Made by a program: the position numbers and the translations under genes
In this document: positions 8,104 to 17,956 of the stretch, piece after piece
Numbering within the stretch: position 1 is the stretch's first letter
Layout of the letters: each line of letters begins with the position of its first letter
Notes under the pieces: generated by a model
The model's input: only the letters and a program-made list of their open reading frames with translations
The model's database searches: none
What the model was told of the DNA's origin: nothing
Source of the DNA: Gemmatimonadales bacterium
GTDB lineage: Bacteria > Gemmatimonadota > Gemmatimonadetes > Gemmatimonadales > GWC2-71-9
NCBI GenBank assembly: GCA_038321865.1
Contig: JBBQFH010000008.1
Location: 1-64,000 of the forward strand
Length of the DNA: 64,000 nt
Direction: 5' to 3'

Positions 8104-9503
8104 ACATGATGCAGAAGCCCCCCACGATGCCCATCGCTCGCGTTCGTTTCCGCCGGCTTGCCGGATTGCTCGGTGTTCTCGCCACCCTCGGCCTGCCGCG
8201 GCCAGCCGCCGCGCAGGATCGCCGTAACGAGCAATTCTACTATCCAGGCGCATTCAACTGGCAGTTCCTGGCAAACTACGCCGAGGCGGCACGCCTGTTC
8301 AACGCGTTCGATTACGGCCACGCGGTCCTCTATGAGAAACTGCTGACCAAGCCAGCGCACCTCCGGGAAGAGCTCGAGCAGAAGCAATTCAACTACCTGA
8401 CGCGCGACCTGCTGATCCGCCCGCCCCGATTCGCGATCGCCGAGGAGGTAGTGGAGCCGAGCTATGCCAAACTGGTCTGGCAGGCGAAGCAGATGTTCGA
8501 CTGGGCCCACCTGCTGCACCGCCAGGTGTACGATGTCTATGCCGACGAGCGGCTGACCCCGGCGGCGCGGGACTCGCTGATCGAGCGGCTCACGGACTAT
8601 TACCTCACGCGGCGAGACTACGCATTTCAGCCGGTGCCCAAGTCCATGGCGCTGATGGACGAGCAGTATTACAGCCAGGTGTTTCGTCGGGGATATCCCA
8701 AGTTCAACGGCCTGATCTGGTCCTACCATTGGCTGCAGGTGGGGCTTTACGAACCAATGATCGCCGGCCAAACTCGTGTCGAGAAGAAGGCCGGCGTACA
8801 GGCCACGCTCGCACGGTTCTGGAAGATGATGAAAGATCCACCCAACAGCTTTCCGAAAACGATGCCGATGACGTCGGCGGTGGCGCCGCGCTTCAGCGCC
8901 GCCCATCCGCGCGCGGCCGTGATCTTCGACAACCTGCACATGATGCACGACATCATTTCGGATATCCTCGCGGCGGACACGGTGCCCCGGGAGCGCAAGC
9001 GCAGCGTGATCTATGCCGCGCTCGCCGAGTTTCGCGACACGACGCGCAACGTGATGACGCTCGACGAATGGCGCGGCATGGGTGGCATGATGGGCGGCAT
9101 CGCCGCGATGGGCGGTCCGGCCATCGATCTCGTCACGCCGTCTCCCGCCGCCGCCGTGCCCGGCGATGCCAGGGCGGTTTCCGGAGTGGCGATGCCCGGC
9201 ATGAGCAGCGGGACGTCGCGCGGCACGCCGCCATGCAACACTGCCGGCGACAAGCAGAAGCTGGAACTCTACGAGCGGATGATGGGCGACCCGGTGATCC
9301 GGGCCCGGATGCAGGCGGACACGGTGCTGCGCCGGCTAATGGCTGACGTGCCCGATTCGACCTGCGTCCGCGCGCGGGCCAAGCCGGCGCCGGCGGCCAA
9401 CGTTCGCAGCCCGGCCGTTCCCCGGCGGGTCGCACCCAAATCGAATTCACTGTCGCGGAAGCCGCATCCGATGCCGGCGATGCCCGGCATGGGCCAACAC
9501 TAG
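8100..9503 (+). CDS. Exported hypothetical protein with four His-bearing helical repeats and Met-rich tail (start uncertain, 8100-8127)
   Basis: GTGA overlap with upstream stop; signal peptide; FDYGH, HLLH, SYHWLQ and HMMH repeats; GMGGMMGG and HPMPAMPGMGQH. Confidence 0.75.
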   Translation: MNMMQKPPTMPIARVRFRRLAGLLGVLATLGLPRPAAAQDRRNEQFYYPGAFNWQFLANYAEAARLFNAFDYGHAVLYEKLLTKPAHLREELEQKQFNYLTRDLLIRPPRFAIAEEVVEPSYAKLVWQAKQMFDWAHLLHRQVYDVYADERLTPAARDSLIERLTDYYLTRRDYAFQPVPKSMALMDEQYYSQVFRRGYPKFNGLIWSYHWLQVGLYEPMIAGQTRVEKKAGVQATLARFWKMMKDPPNSFPKTMPMTSAVAPRFSAAHPRAAVIFDNLHMMHDIISDILAADTVPRERKRSVIYAALAEFRDTTRNVMTLDEWRGMGGMMGGIAAMGGPAIDLVTPSPAAAVPGDARAVSGVAMPGMSSGTSRGTPPCNTAGDKQKLELYERMMGDPVIRARMQADTVLRRLMADVPDSTCVRARAKPAPAANVRSPAVPRRVAPKSNSLSRKPHPMPAMPGMGQH

Positions 9504-9522
9504 TGCGAGCCGGGGAGGTCAG

Positions 9523-10992
9523 GTGATGCTGCGCCCGGAGCCGGCGACCCGCCTCGCGCTGCCTCGTCGGCTGGCCGCCAGGATCTGGCCGGTGACGCTG
9601 GTGTGCGCAGCATTGCTGACGTTGCATCCGGCGACTGCGATCGCGCACCCGCGTCTCCGGCGCTCGACCCCGGCCGCCGACGACACGCTGGCCCGTGCCC
9701 CGGCTGAACTCCGGCTCACCTTCAGCGAGCCGATCGAGCTCCGATTTACCCGGATCATGATCATGGGCCGCGGCGGAGCGCCCGTTCCGATGGGGGCGGT
9801 GACCCGACTCCCTGACTCGCTCGGCACGGTGGTCGTGGCGATCGGTCGCTCGCTTGAACCTGGCGAGTACGTCGTCGGCTGGCAGGCTGCTGGAGACGAC
9901 GGGCATGTGGTACGCGGGCATTACCGCTTTCTGGTGACCGGCGGAGGGAACCGGCCGCCACCAGGTGGTGAGGCCGGCGGCGGCGTGATTGCGCCCGGCG
10001 CCGCGGCCGCTCACGACGCTCACCATCCGGCCCGGGCGGGGACCGACGACAACGCCTTTGACGTGAGCAGCCCGCTCTTCGTCGGCACCCGCTGGCTCAT
10101 GTACCTCGCACTGCTCGGCGTAATCGGGGCCGCGGTATTCGAGGGTGCGGTGCTGGCGATCGTTCGGCGTCGGGCAGCCGCAACGTCCGACCACCTCGGG
10201 CTCCTGACGCCGCGAGTCGCGACGATCGGCCGCGCAGCGGCCGGACTTCTGCTGCTCACGCTGCCGGTGCGCCTGCTCTTCCAGTCGCTGGCGATGCACG
10301 GCCCCGGCGAAGCATTCGATCCCGGCCTGGTCACCGGCATGCTCGGACACACCACCTGGGGCTGGAGCTGGCTCGCGCAACTCGTCGGAGGCGCCGCAGC
10401 ACTGCTTGCGTTCCAACGTGCCCGGCGTGCCGATAGCCGTGGCTGGCCGCTCGCTCGGCTGGCCGCGGTCGGCCTTGCGTTCACGCCGGCGTTCGCCGGC
10501 CACGCCATTGCCGCCGAGCGCTGGGTCCCGCTCGCCGTCATCGCGGACGGGCTCCACGTCCTGGGGGCCGCCGGCTGGCTCGGAACCCTGGGTGTCCTCG
10601 TGGCCGCCGGGCTGAGCACCGCCGTCAGGGTGCCTGCCTCGGACCGCGGCCGGGTCGTGGCCGACCTTGTCAACGCCTACTCGCCGATCGCGCTGATCGG
10701 GGCGGGCACGGCCGCTGTGACGGGCGGCCTCGCGGCCTGGATCCACATCGGCTATTTCCCGGACCTGTGGGGAACGGCCTACGGGCGCATGCTCCTGCTG
10801 AAGCTCGGCATATTGTCCGTCGTCGCCGCCACAGGAGCGTACAACTGGCGCTGGGTACGCCCGTCACTCGGCGATGACGTTGGTGCCGCGCGCGTCCGCC
10901 GCTCGGCGATGGTCGAGGTGATCGTTGCGGTGTTCGTCCTGCTCGTCACGGCCATCCTCGTTGCATTGCCCACGCCGATGGGCGCGCGATAG
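9523..10992 (+). CDS. copCD: CopC-CopD fusion copper resistance/uptake protein
   Basis: AIA-H mature N-terminal His, DGH motif; CopD TM helices with GHA, HVLGAAGWLG, YGRMLLLK. Confidence 0.88.
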   Translation: MMLRPEPATRLALPRRLAARIWPVTLVCAALLTLHPATAIAHPRLRRSTPAADDTLARAPAELRLTFSEPIELRFTRIMIMGRGGAPVPMGAVTRLPDSLGTVVVAIGRSLEPGEYVVGWQAAGDDGHVVRGHYRFLVTGGGNRPPPGGEAGGGVIAPGAAAAHDAHHPARAGTDDNAFDVSSPLFVGTRWLMYLALLGVIGAAVFEGAVLAIVRRRAAATSDHLGLLTPRVATIGRAAAGLLLLTLPVRLLFQSLAMHGPGEAFDPGLVTGMLGHTTWGWSWLAQLVGGAAALLAFQRARRADSRGWPLARLAAVGLAFTPAFAGHAIAAERWVPLAVIADGLHVLGAAGWLGTLGVLVAAGLSTAVRVPASDRGRVVADLVNAYSPIALIGAGTAAVTGGLAAWIHIGYFPDLWGTAYGRMLLLKLGILSVVAATGAYNWRWVRPSLGDDVGAARVRRSAMVEVIVAVFVLLVTAILVALPTPMGAR

Positions 10993-11039
10993 GCCTGCCA
11001 CGGCGGCCTGGCAAGCTATCCAACCACACGGAGGTTGAC

Positions 11040-11053
11040 TCAACGAGTCTTAA
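11040..11053. promoter_or_regulatory. TCAAS-N4-STTAA motif, copy 3 (upstream of cusCBA)
   Basis: TCAAC GAGT CTTAA followed by -10-like TATCCT at 11088-11093. Confidence 0.55.
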
Positions 11054-11174
11054 TGCTCCGTTCACCCTTGCTTCCCGCCGGCCGGCCTATCCTGCATCCC
11101 GAGGTCCCTGAATAGGCGCGCCCCCAAGCGCGACAGGCGGCTGCCAGCCGCCTGAATCGAACCCGGGAGCACGC

Positions 11175-12572
11175 ATGTCCGTAGCAATACCTGGACGACT
11201 CACACCGGTTTCAGGTCGCCTCGCGGCGGCACGCCGGTGGCCGCTGGGTGCCGGGCTGGCAATGAGCGCCTGGATGGCGCTCGTGCCTCTCGGCACCGTC
11301 GCCGGCCAGACTGCCGCTGCTTCGGCACCACTCCGGCTCGGGGACGTCTATCGCGACGTACAAAGCTCGAGTCCACGAATTGCCGCCGCGGCCGCTCTCG
11401 CCCGCGCCGCCGGCGAACGGATCGCGCCCGCCCGGCGCCCGCCCGACCCCCGGATACAGTTCGCGCTCATGAACCGCACACTCCCGGGATTCGCGTTGTC
11501 GCAACCGCTCGGAATGAACCAGGTCCAGGTGACCCAGATGGTACCGATCGCCGGCAAGCTCGGGCTCGCAGGCCGGGTGATGGCCGAACGGGCCGGCGCC
11601 GAGCGGGAACGTGCGACGGACGTCGTGTGGGACGTGCGGGCCCGCGCCGCCATGGCTTACTACGAGCTGTACCAGATGGACCGCTCGGTCGAAGTCGCCG
11701 GCGAGACGCTGCGCCTGCTGCGCTACCTCGCCAAGACGGCGGAGACGATGTATGCGGTGGGGACCGGCCGGCAGACCGACTTGCTGCGCGCGCAGGTCGA
11801 GGTGGCCCGCATGACGGAGGACATCCTCCGCATGGAGACGGAGCGCACCTCGGCCGCCGCGCGATTGAACGCGCTGCGCGCCCGGGCGCCCGACGCGCCG
11901 CTCGGCTCACCGCTTCTGCCGGCGTTTCCCGATTCACTGCCACCGCTCGACAGCCTGATCGCCCAGGCGGCATGGCAGCGCCCGATGGTCCGGGCCGGCG
12001 AAGCCGACCTGCGCGCAGCGGACGCCGGGGCCCGACTGGCCCGTCGCGAGATCTGGCCGGATCTCGAGCTCGGTGCGCAGTACGGGCAGCGGCCGATGCC
12101 CGACGGCGGCACCGATCGCATGCTCAGTCTGATGGTCGGAATGACCGTGCCGATCTTCGCCGGCAGCCGACAGCTCGCCATGCGGCGCGAGGCCGACGCG
12201 ATGCAGCTCATGGCGCAATCGGATCTCGACCGGATGCGTGCCGAGACGCGAGGGCGGACGGCCGAGCTGTACGCGGCGGTCGAACGGGCCCGGCGCCTCG
12301 GCGCGTTGTACCGGGGGACGATTCTGCCGCAGGCGGAGACGACTGTGGCCGCGGCGCAATCGGCGTACCAGGCGGGCGCAGTCGACTTCATGACCCTGCT
12401 CGATGACCGAATGACGGTCAACCGGTATCGCACGGACCTGGTGACGCTGGATGCGGAGCGTGGCCAGGCGCTGGCCGAACTCGAGATGTTGATCGGGCAT
12501 GAACTGTTCGATCCCGACGCGGCGACGCACGGAGCGGAACACGCCGCCGACCCTCCAGCGCAGAGGCGATGA
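11175..12572 (+). CDS. TolC-family outer-membrane efflux protein (CusC-like)
   Basis: OEP helical repeats (QMVPIAGKLGL, VPIFAGSRQ, YQAGAVDF); first gene of RND operon. Confidence 0.88.
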   Translation: MSVAIPGRLTPVSGRLAAARRWPLGAGLAMSAWMALVPLGTVAGQTAAASAPLRLGDVYRDVQSSSPRIAAAAALARAAGERIAPARRPPDPRIQFALMNRTLPGFALSQPLGMNQVQVTQMVPIAGKLGLAGRVMAERAGAERERATDVVWDVRARAAMAYYELYQMDRSVEVAGETLRLLRYLAKTAETMYAVGTGRQTDLLRAQVEVARMTEDILRMETERTSAAARLNALRARAPDAPLGSPLLPAFPDSLPPLDSLIAQAAWQRPMVRAGEADLRAADAGARLARREIWPDLELGAQYGQRPMPDGGTDRMLSLMVGMTVPIFAGSRQLAMRREADAMQLMAQSDLDRMRAETRGRTAELYAAVERARRLGALYRGTILPQAETTVAAAQSAYQAGAVDFMTLLDDRMTVNRYRTDLVTLDAERGQALAELEMLIGHELFDPDAATHGAEHAADPPAQRR

Positions 12573-13867
12573 TGCGTGACGCGCCTCCAGCAGTCCCACC
12601 GGCTCCGGGGGAGCCGACTACTGCCGCCTCCCCATTCGGCGCGCCCGGCCGCCGACACTGGCTCCTGCTGCTCGCCGTCCTCATCCTGGCCGGCGTCGGT
12701 GCATTCGCCCTCTCCCGTCGCGCGCCGGCACCCGGAGCTGGCGAGAAGGGCCATGCCCACGGGGCTGCTCCGGCGGCGGCCCAAGCGATGCCGGTCTCAC
12801 TTGGCACGCGGGACCAGGCCCGGATCGGAGTCACGTTTGCCCCGGTAACCCGGACGCCGCTCGACCGGCAGGTACGGGCGGTTGCCCAGGTCAAGTACGA
12901 TGAAACACGCGTCAAGGCCATCGCACCCCTCATAGAAGGCTGGGTGGACCAGCTGTATGTGAATTTCACCGGGCAGGCGGTACGGCCCGGCGAAGCACTC
13001 TTCACGATCTATTCGCCGATGGTCGTGGCCGCGCAGCAGGAACTGCTGCTGTCCAGGGGTCTCGCCCGCGACGTTGCCAGCGGCACACCGGAGGCAAATC
13101 AGAGTGCGCGGAATCTGCTCGAGGCGGCGCGCCGCCGGCTCCGCTACTGGGGCGTAGCGGAAGACGAGATCCGGCGGGTCGAAAGCACCGGCGAGGTACG
13201 ACGGACCGTCACGCTCCGCTCACCCTACGCCGGCGTCGTCATCGACAAGCAGGTGATTGCGGGCCAGCGGCTGATGCCGGGCGATGTGGCCTATCGCATC
13301 GCCGACCTCAGCCGGGTCTGGCTCGAAGGAGAGATCTTCGAGCGCGATTTGCCGGCGGTACGGCTCGGCCTGTCCGTGACGGCGGAGCTCACGGCGCTGC
13401 CGGGGGAGGCACGCCGCGGACGCGTCGATTACATCTACCCCACGGTTGACCCACAGACGCGCACCATTCGCATCCGGGTCGCGCTGGCGAATCCCGGGCT
13501 GCTGCTCAAGCCCGGCATGTATGCCACGATTCGCTTCGACGCCCCGGGTACGCCCGTTTTGTCCGTCCCCCGCTCCGCGATCCTGAGTACGGGGGAGCGG
13601 AGCCTGGTGTTCATCCGCGATTCGCTCGGTCGCCTGGTGCCGCGGTCGGTCACCCTCGGCTCCGCCTCGGACGATCGGGTTGAGGTTCTCTCCGGCCTGA
13701 CGCTCGGGGATACGGTGGTCGCCTCCGGCACTTTCCTCCTCGATGCCGAATCGAATCTCGGCTCCCTCCTCGGTGGAATGGGCAACATGCCCGGCATGAC
13801 CGTGAGCCCCGCGGCCGCGGAAGCGGCTGCGCCGGGGGCCCCGGCCGGGCCGGCAGCGCGCAAGTGA
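12569..13867 (+). CDS. cusB: RND periplasmic adaptor (CusB-like)
   Basis: GWVDQLYV..TG, IYSP..AQQE, ADLSRVW, YIYP, LKPGMY, FLLDAESNL. Confidence 0.9.
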   Translation: MMRDAPPAVPPAPGEPTTAASPFGAPGRRHWLLLLAVLILAGVGAFALSRRAPAPGAGEKGHAHGAAPAAAQAMPVSLGTRDQARIGVTFAPVTRTPLDRQVRAVAQVKYDETRVKAIAPLIEGWVDQLYVNFTGQAVRPGEALFTIYSPMVVAAQQELLLSRGLARDVASGTPEANQSARNLLEAARRRLRYWGVAEDEIRRVESTGEVRRTVTLRSPYAGVVIDKQVIAGQRLMPGDVAYRIADLSRVWLEGEIFERDLPAVRLGLSVTAELTALPGEARRGRVDYIYPTVDPQTRTIRIRVALANPGLLLKPGMYATIRFDAPGTPVLSVPRSAILSTGERSLVFIRDSLGRLVPRSVTLGSASDDRVEVLSGLTLGDTVVASGTFLLDAESNLGSLLGGMGNMPGMTVSPAAAEAAAPGAPAGPAARK

Positions 13868-13874
13868 GCGGCCC

Positions 13875-16800
13875 ATGCTGAACAGGATCATCGCCTGGTC
13901 CGTCACGAATCGACTGCTGATCTGGCTGTTCACGGCGGCTGCCGTGCTGCTCGGCCTGAACGCCATTCGCGACACCCCTCTCGAGGCGCTGCCCGACCTG
14001 AGCGACGTGCAGGTGATCGTTCAGGCGGACTACAACGATCAGGCCCCGCGCATCGTGGAGGATCAGGTCACCTATCCGATCGCGGCTGAGATGCTCAAGG
14101 TCCCGGGCGCGCGGACGGTACGGGGGTATTCCTTCTTCGGCGTGTCGTTCGTTTACGTGATCTTTGAGGACGGGACCGACCTCTATTGGGCGCGGAGCCG
14201 CGTCCTCGAGTACATGAATGGCATCAAGGGGAAGCTCCCGCCGAGCGTTACACCTACGCTCGGCCCCGATGCGACGGGGCTTGGCTGGGTCTATCAATAC
14301 GCTCTCGAGGACACGACGGGCCGCCGCTCGCTTGCGGAGCTCCGCAGCATCCAGGACTGGTACCTTCGCTACGCCCTGACGGCGGTTCCGGGCATTTCCG
14401 AGGTCGCCTCGCTGGGTGGCTTCGAGAAGCAGTATCAGGTCGACCTCGACCCGGAGAAGCTGCAGGGCTACGGCATACCGATTACGAGCGTCATGTCGGC
14501 GATTCAGAACGCCAACGCCGATGTCGGGGCGATGGTCCTCGAGCTCTCGGAGCGCGAGTACATGGTGCGCGGCCTCGGTTATCTCAAGTCCATTGCCGAC
14601 ATCGAGAATGTCGTCGTGGGCGCGACGGCGGCGGGGACGCCGGTCCGGGTCGCCGAGCTCGGGCGCGTCACCGTCGGCCCGGCGGTGCGGCGAGGCATCG
14701 CCGAGCTGGACGGGCGCGGCGATGCGGTGGGCGGGATCGTCATCATGCGTTTCGGCGAGAACGCGCTCTCCACGATTCGAAACCTCAAGGTGAAGCTGGC
14801 ACAGGTGGCGGCCGGCCTCCCCGCCGGCGTCGTCGTGCGCCCGGTTTACGACCGCAGCTCGCTGATCGAGCGCGCCATCGAAACCCTCCGCGGGAAGCTC
14901 CTCGAGGAGAGTGTCATCGTGGCGCTGGTCTGCATCGTGTTTCTGCTGCATGCCCGATCGGCCCTGGTGGCGATCATCACGCTGCCCGTAGGCATCCTGA
15001 TTGCCTTCGTGGCGATGCGATCGGTCCGCGTCGGCGCCGACATCATGTCGCTCGGTGGGATCGCGATCGCGATCGGAGCGATGATCGACGCGGCCATCGT
15101 CATGATCGAAAACATGCACAAGCATCTGGAACGGGCGGTCGATGCGAAGGAGGGGGCCGCTGGCAACCGACCGGGGCGGTTCGATACTGGCATCCTGTCC
15201 GCCGGCGAGCGGTGGCAGGTGGTGCTGGAATCCGCCCGCGAGGTGGGTCCGGCCCTCTTCTTCTCGCTTCTGATCATCACCGTGAGCTTCGTGCCGGTGT
15301 TTTCGCTGGAGGGCCAGGAAGGCCGGCTGTTCAAGCCCCTGGCATTCACCAAGACGTTCGCGATGGCGGCGGCCAGCCTGCTCTCCCTCACCCTCGTCCC
15401 GGTGGCGATGGGCGTCTTCATCCGGGGCCGGCTGTATCGCGAGCGCGCCAACCCGGTCAACCGCGTGCTGATTCGCATCTACCGGCCGGTGCTGACGGCC
15501 GTTCTCCGCCACCGGTGGGGCGTGATCACGGCGGGCGCCGCCGCACTCGTGCTCTCCATCGTGCCCTGGTCGCGCATCGGCAGCGAGTTCATGCCGCCGC
15601 TCCAGGAGGGCACGATTCTCTACATGCCCACGACACTGCCAGGTGTAAGCGTGGCCCGGGCACGGGAGATCCTCCGCATTCAGGACAGTCTCTTCATGAC
15701 GTTTCCGGAGGTCGAGCATGCATGGGGCAAAGCGGGACGCGCGGCCACTGCGACCGACCCGGCCGGACTCGACATGTTCGAGACCACCATCACGCTCAAA
15801 CCGGAGCAGCAGTGGCGACGGGGCATGACGTATGAGCGGCTGCTGGCGCAGATGGACTCAACCGTCCGGCTGCCCGGCGTGACCAATGCGTGGACGATGC
15901 CGATCAAGGGCCGCATCGACATGCTCGCGACTGGCATCCGCACACCCGTCGGCATCAAGCTCTTCGGTCCCGATCTCGCCGAGCTCGAACGGTTGGGCAA
16001 GGAAGTGGAACAGGCGGTCCAGACGGTACCTGGCACACGCAGCGCATTCGCCGAGCGCGCGGTATCGGGCTACTACCTCGACATCGACATCGATCGGGCC
16101 GCCGCGGCACGCCACGGACTCAACGTCGGCGACGTGCAGACCGTGATTGCCGCCGCGGTCGGCGGCATGACGGTCACCCAGACGGTCGAAGGGCGAGAGC
16201 GATATGGCGTGCGGGTCCGCTATCCGCAGGAGCTCCGCGACACCCCCGAGCGACTGGCGTCCGTCCTGATTCCGAGCAGCCACGGCATCAGCGCTGCCGG
16301 TGCCCGCACCGGCGTGGGTGGAAGCATGGCGGCGGGCGGCGCCTCCGACGCGGGCGGCAACAGCGGCTCGGTCCCCCTGGGCCAGGTCGCCACGATTCGC
16401 CAGGTCGCGGGCCCGATGGTGGTCCGGACCGAGGATGCCGTGCCGACCGCGTGGGTCTACGTCGACGTGACCGGGCGCGATATCGGCGGCTATGTGGCGG
16501 AGGCGCAGCGCGTGGTTGGGGCCCGGGTGAAGCTGCCGGCCGGGTACTCGATCGCCTGGAGCGGACAGTATGAATACATGCTTCGGGCTGCGGCCAAGCT
16601 GCGGGTCGTCATTCCGGCGACGCTGGCCATCATCTTCCTTCTGCTCTACTTCAATTTCAAGAGCGTCGGCGAGACGCTGATCGTGATGCTCTCACTGCCC
16701 TTCGCACTCGTGGGCGGAATCTGGTTCGTCTGGATACTTGGCTACAACTGGTCCGTCGCAGTGGCGATCGGGTTCATCGCGCTCTCGGGTGTCGCCGCGG

Positions 16801-17123
16801 AGACGGGGGTCATCATGCTCATCTACCTCGACCACGCCTGGAAGGAACGCGTGGTGTCGGGACGAACCTCGCTCCGGGACCTCTATGAGGCGGTCATGGA
16901 AGGCGGAGTGGATCGCGTCCGGCCCAAGATGATGACCGTCACGGCGATCATGGGAGGGCTCCTGCCGATCCTCTGGGGCAATGGCGCGGGAGCGAGCGTC
17001 ATGAGGCGCATTGCGGCACCGATGATCGGCGGGATGATCAGCAGCACGGTGCTCACGCTGCTCGTCATCCCCGCGATCTATTCACTCTGGAAGGAACGGG
17101 AACTGCGGACTGATCGAAGCTGA
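13875..17123 (+). CDS. cusA: Cu(I)/Ag(I) HME-RND efflux transporter CusA
   Basis: ALPDLSDVQVI, VEDQVTYP, GAMIDAAIVMIEN; metal-site Mets in LYMPT, LDMFET, RIDMLATG; RPKMMT. Confidence 0.95.
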   Translation: MLNRIIAWSVTNRLLIWLFTAAAVLLGLNAIRDTPLEALPDLSDVQVIVQADYNDQAPRIVEDQVTYPIAAEMLKVPGARTVRGYSFFGVSFVYVIFEDGTDLYWARSRVLEYMNGIKGKLPPSVTPTLGPDATGLGWVYQYALEDTTGRRSLAELRSIQDWYLRYALTAVPGISEVASLGGFEKQYQVDLDPEKLQGYGIPITSVMSAIQNANADVGAMVLELSEREYMVRGLGYLKSIADIENVVVGATAAGTPVRVAELGRVTVGPAVRRGIAELDGRGDAVGGIVIMRFGENALSTIRNLKVKLAQVAAGLPAGVVVRPVYDRSSLIERAIETLRGKLLEESVIVALVCIVFLLHARSALVAIITLPVGILIAFVAMRSVRVGADIMSLGGIAIAIGAMIDAAIVMIENMHKHLERAVDAKEGAAGNRPGRFDTGILSAGERWQVVLESAREVGPALFFSLLIITVSFVPVFSLEGQEGRLFKPLAFTKTFAMAAASLLSLTLVPVAMGVFIRGRLYRERANPVNRVLIRIYRPVLTAVLRHRWGVITAGAAALVLSIVPWSRIGSEFMPPLQEGTILYMPTTLPGVSVARAREILRIQDSLFMTFPEVEHAWGKAGRAATATDPAGLDMFETTITLKPEQQWRRGMTYERLLAQMDSTVRLPGVTNAWTMPIKGRIDMLATGIRTPVGIKLFGPDLAELERLGKEVEQAVQTVPGTRSAFAERAVSGYYLDIDIDRAAAARHGLNVGDVQTVIAAAVGGMTVTQTVEGRERYGVRVRYPQELRDTPERLASVLIPSSHGISAAGARTGVGGSMAAGGASDAGGNSGSVPLGQVATIRQVAGPMVVRTEDAVPTAWVYVDVTGRDIGGYVAEAQRVVGARVKLPAGYSIAWSGQYEYMLRAAAKLRVVIPATLAIIFLLLYFNFKSVGETLIVMLSLPFALVGGIWFVWILGYNWSVAVAIGFIALSGVAAETGVIMLIYLDHAWKERVVSGRTSLRDLYEAVMEGGVDRVRPKMMTVTAIMGGLLPILWGNGAGASVMRRIAAPMIGGMISSTVLTLLVIPAIYSLWKERELRTDRS

Positions 17124-17135
17124 AGCTCCGGCAGT

Positions 17136-17159
17136 GGCCCGTGCCTTCCGGCACGGGCC
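17136..17159. terminator. GC-rich hairpin between convergent genes
   Basis: GGCCCGTGCC-TTCC-GGCACGGGCC perfect 10-bp stem; no U-tract. Confidence 0.45.
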
Positions 17160-17181
17160 TCCTGCGCGGGCCACATCGTGC

Positions 17182-17772
17182 CTAGGGGCAGCTCACCGTG
17201 GGGTTCCATGGCGAGAACAGCCCACTTGGGTTGTGCTGGAAGATCCACACATGCAGCTCGTAATGCGGGCCGAATGGCGCATGGTTGCTGAGCGGAAGGT
17301 TCGCCCCGAACAAAGTGGGCGGGGCGGCCGTCGCGCCGCCATGGGCGGCGTCCCAGGTCGACTTCAACACGAAATACTCGACTCCGGTCAGCCGGTACTC
17401 GCCGTTCGGCTTCCGCTCGTAGAGCAGCACATCCGGTTTGAGCAGGGTGATCTCCGCGTCATCGCGAAGCACGGCATTCACCGCATGATGGCCCATCGCC
17501 CCGAGTGTCGGGTTGCTCACGCACTGTGCCTCGATCGCGTAGCCGGCGGCCACCGCCTTGTCGACGTTGTGGTACGGCGCAGTGAGGCGTCGAAGCTCGG
17601 CAAGCTCGGCGTTCACGGTCGCCGACGCCGCCCCCGAGGCGTGCGCAGCCGCGCCGACGCCGAGGCTGGGACCCGCGTCGGTCGCGGCGGTGATGGTATC
17701 CGTTTGACATCCTCCGACGAGTGCGGCAGAAAGCGCGACCGCGAGCATGGCGGAAAGCGTGTTGCGTTGCAT
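17182..17772 (-). CDS. Hypothetical lipoprotein
   Basis: Lipobox-like LVGGC; MGHH, PDVLLYE, GVEY, HYELHVW, NPSGLFSPWNPTVSC motifs. Confidence 0.7.
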   Translation of the reverse strand: MQRNTLSAMLAVALSAALVGGCQTDTITAATDAGPSLGVGAAAHASGAASATVNAELAELRRLTAPYHNVDKAVAAGYAIEAQCVSNPTLGAMGHHAVNAVLRDDAEITLLKPDVLLYERKPNGEYRLTGVEYFVLKSTWDAAHGGATAAPPTLFGANLPLSNHAPFGPHYELHVWIFQHNPSGLFSPWNPTVSCP

Positions 17773-17956
17773 CTGGCACCTACTTTCAGCGGTACTGAGA
17801 TGGGGCGACGGCGCCTGTGGATCGGATGGCGTAAAAGATGTTACGGCCCACGCGGCCGACACGCAAGAATGGACAATCCTCCCCTTCCACACTTGGTTGC
17901 AACGGATAGCCTTCAATCGACATCGCAGCTCCGGATCGTAGTGTTGATCCTCGCCA

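Noticed and set aside
13650..15719. Long antisense or alternate-frame ORFs (also 30364-32778, 25694-27124, 19536-21188, 9133-10746)
   Set aside because: Typical high-GC shadow ORFs overlapping well-supported genes, with no recognisable motifs
17895..17915. Sigma54-like site upstream of the lipoprotein
   Set aside because: GG-to-GC spacing is 9, not the required 10
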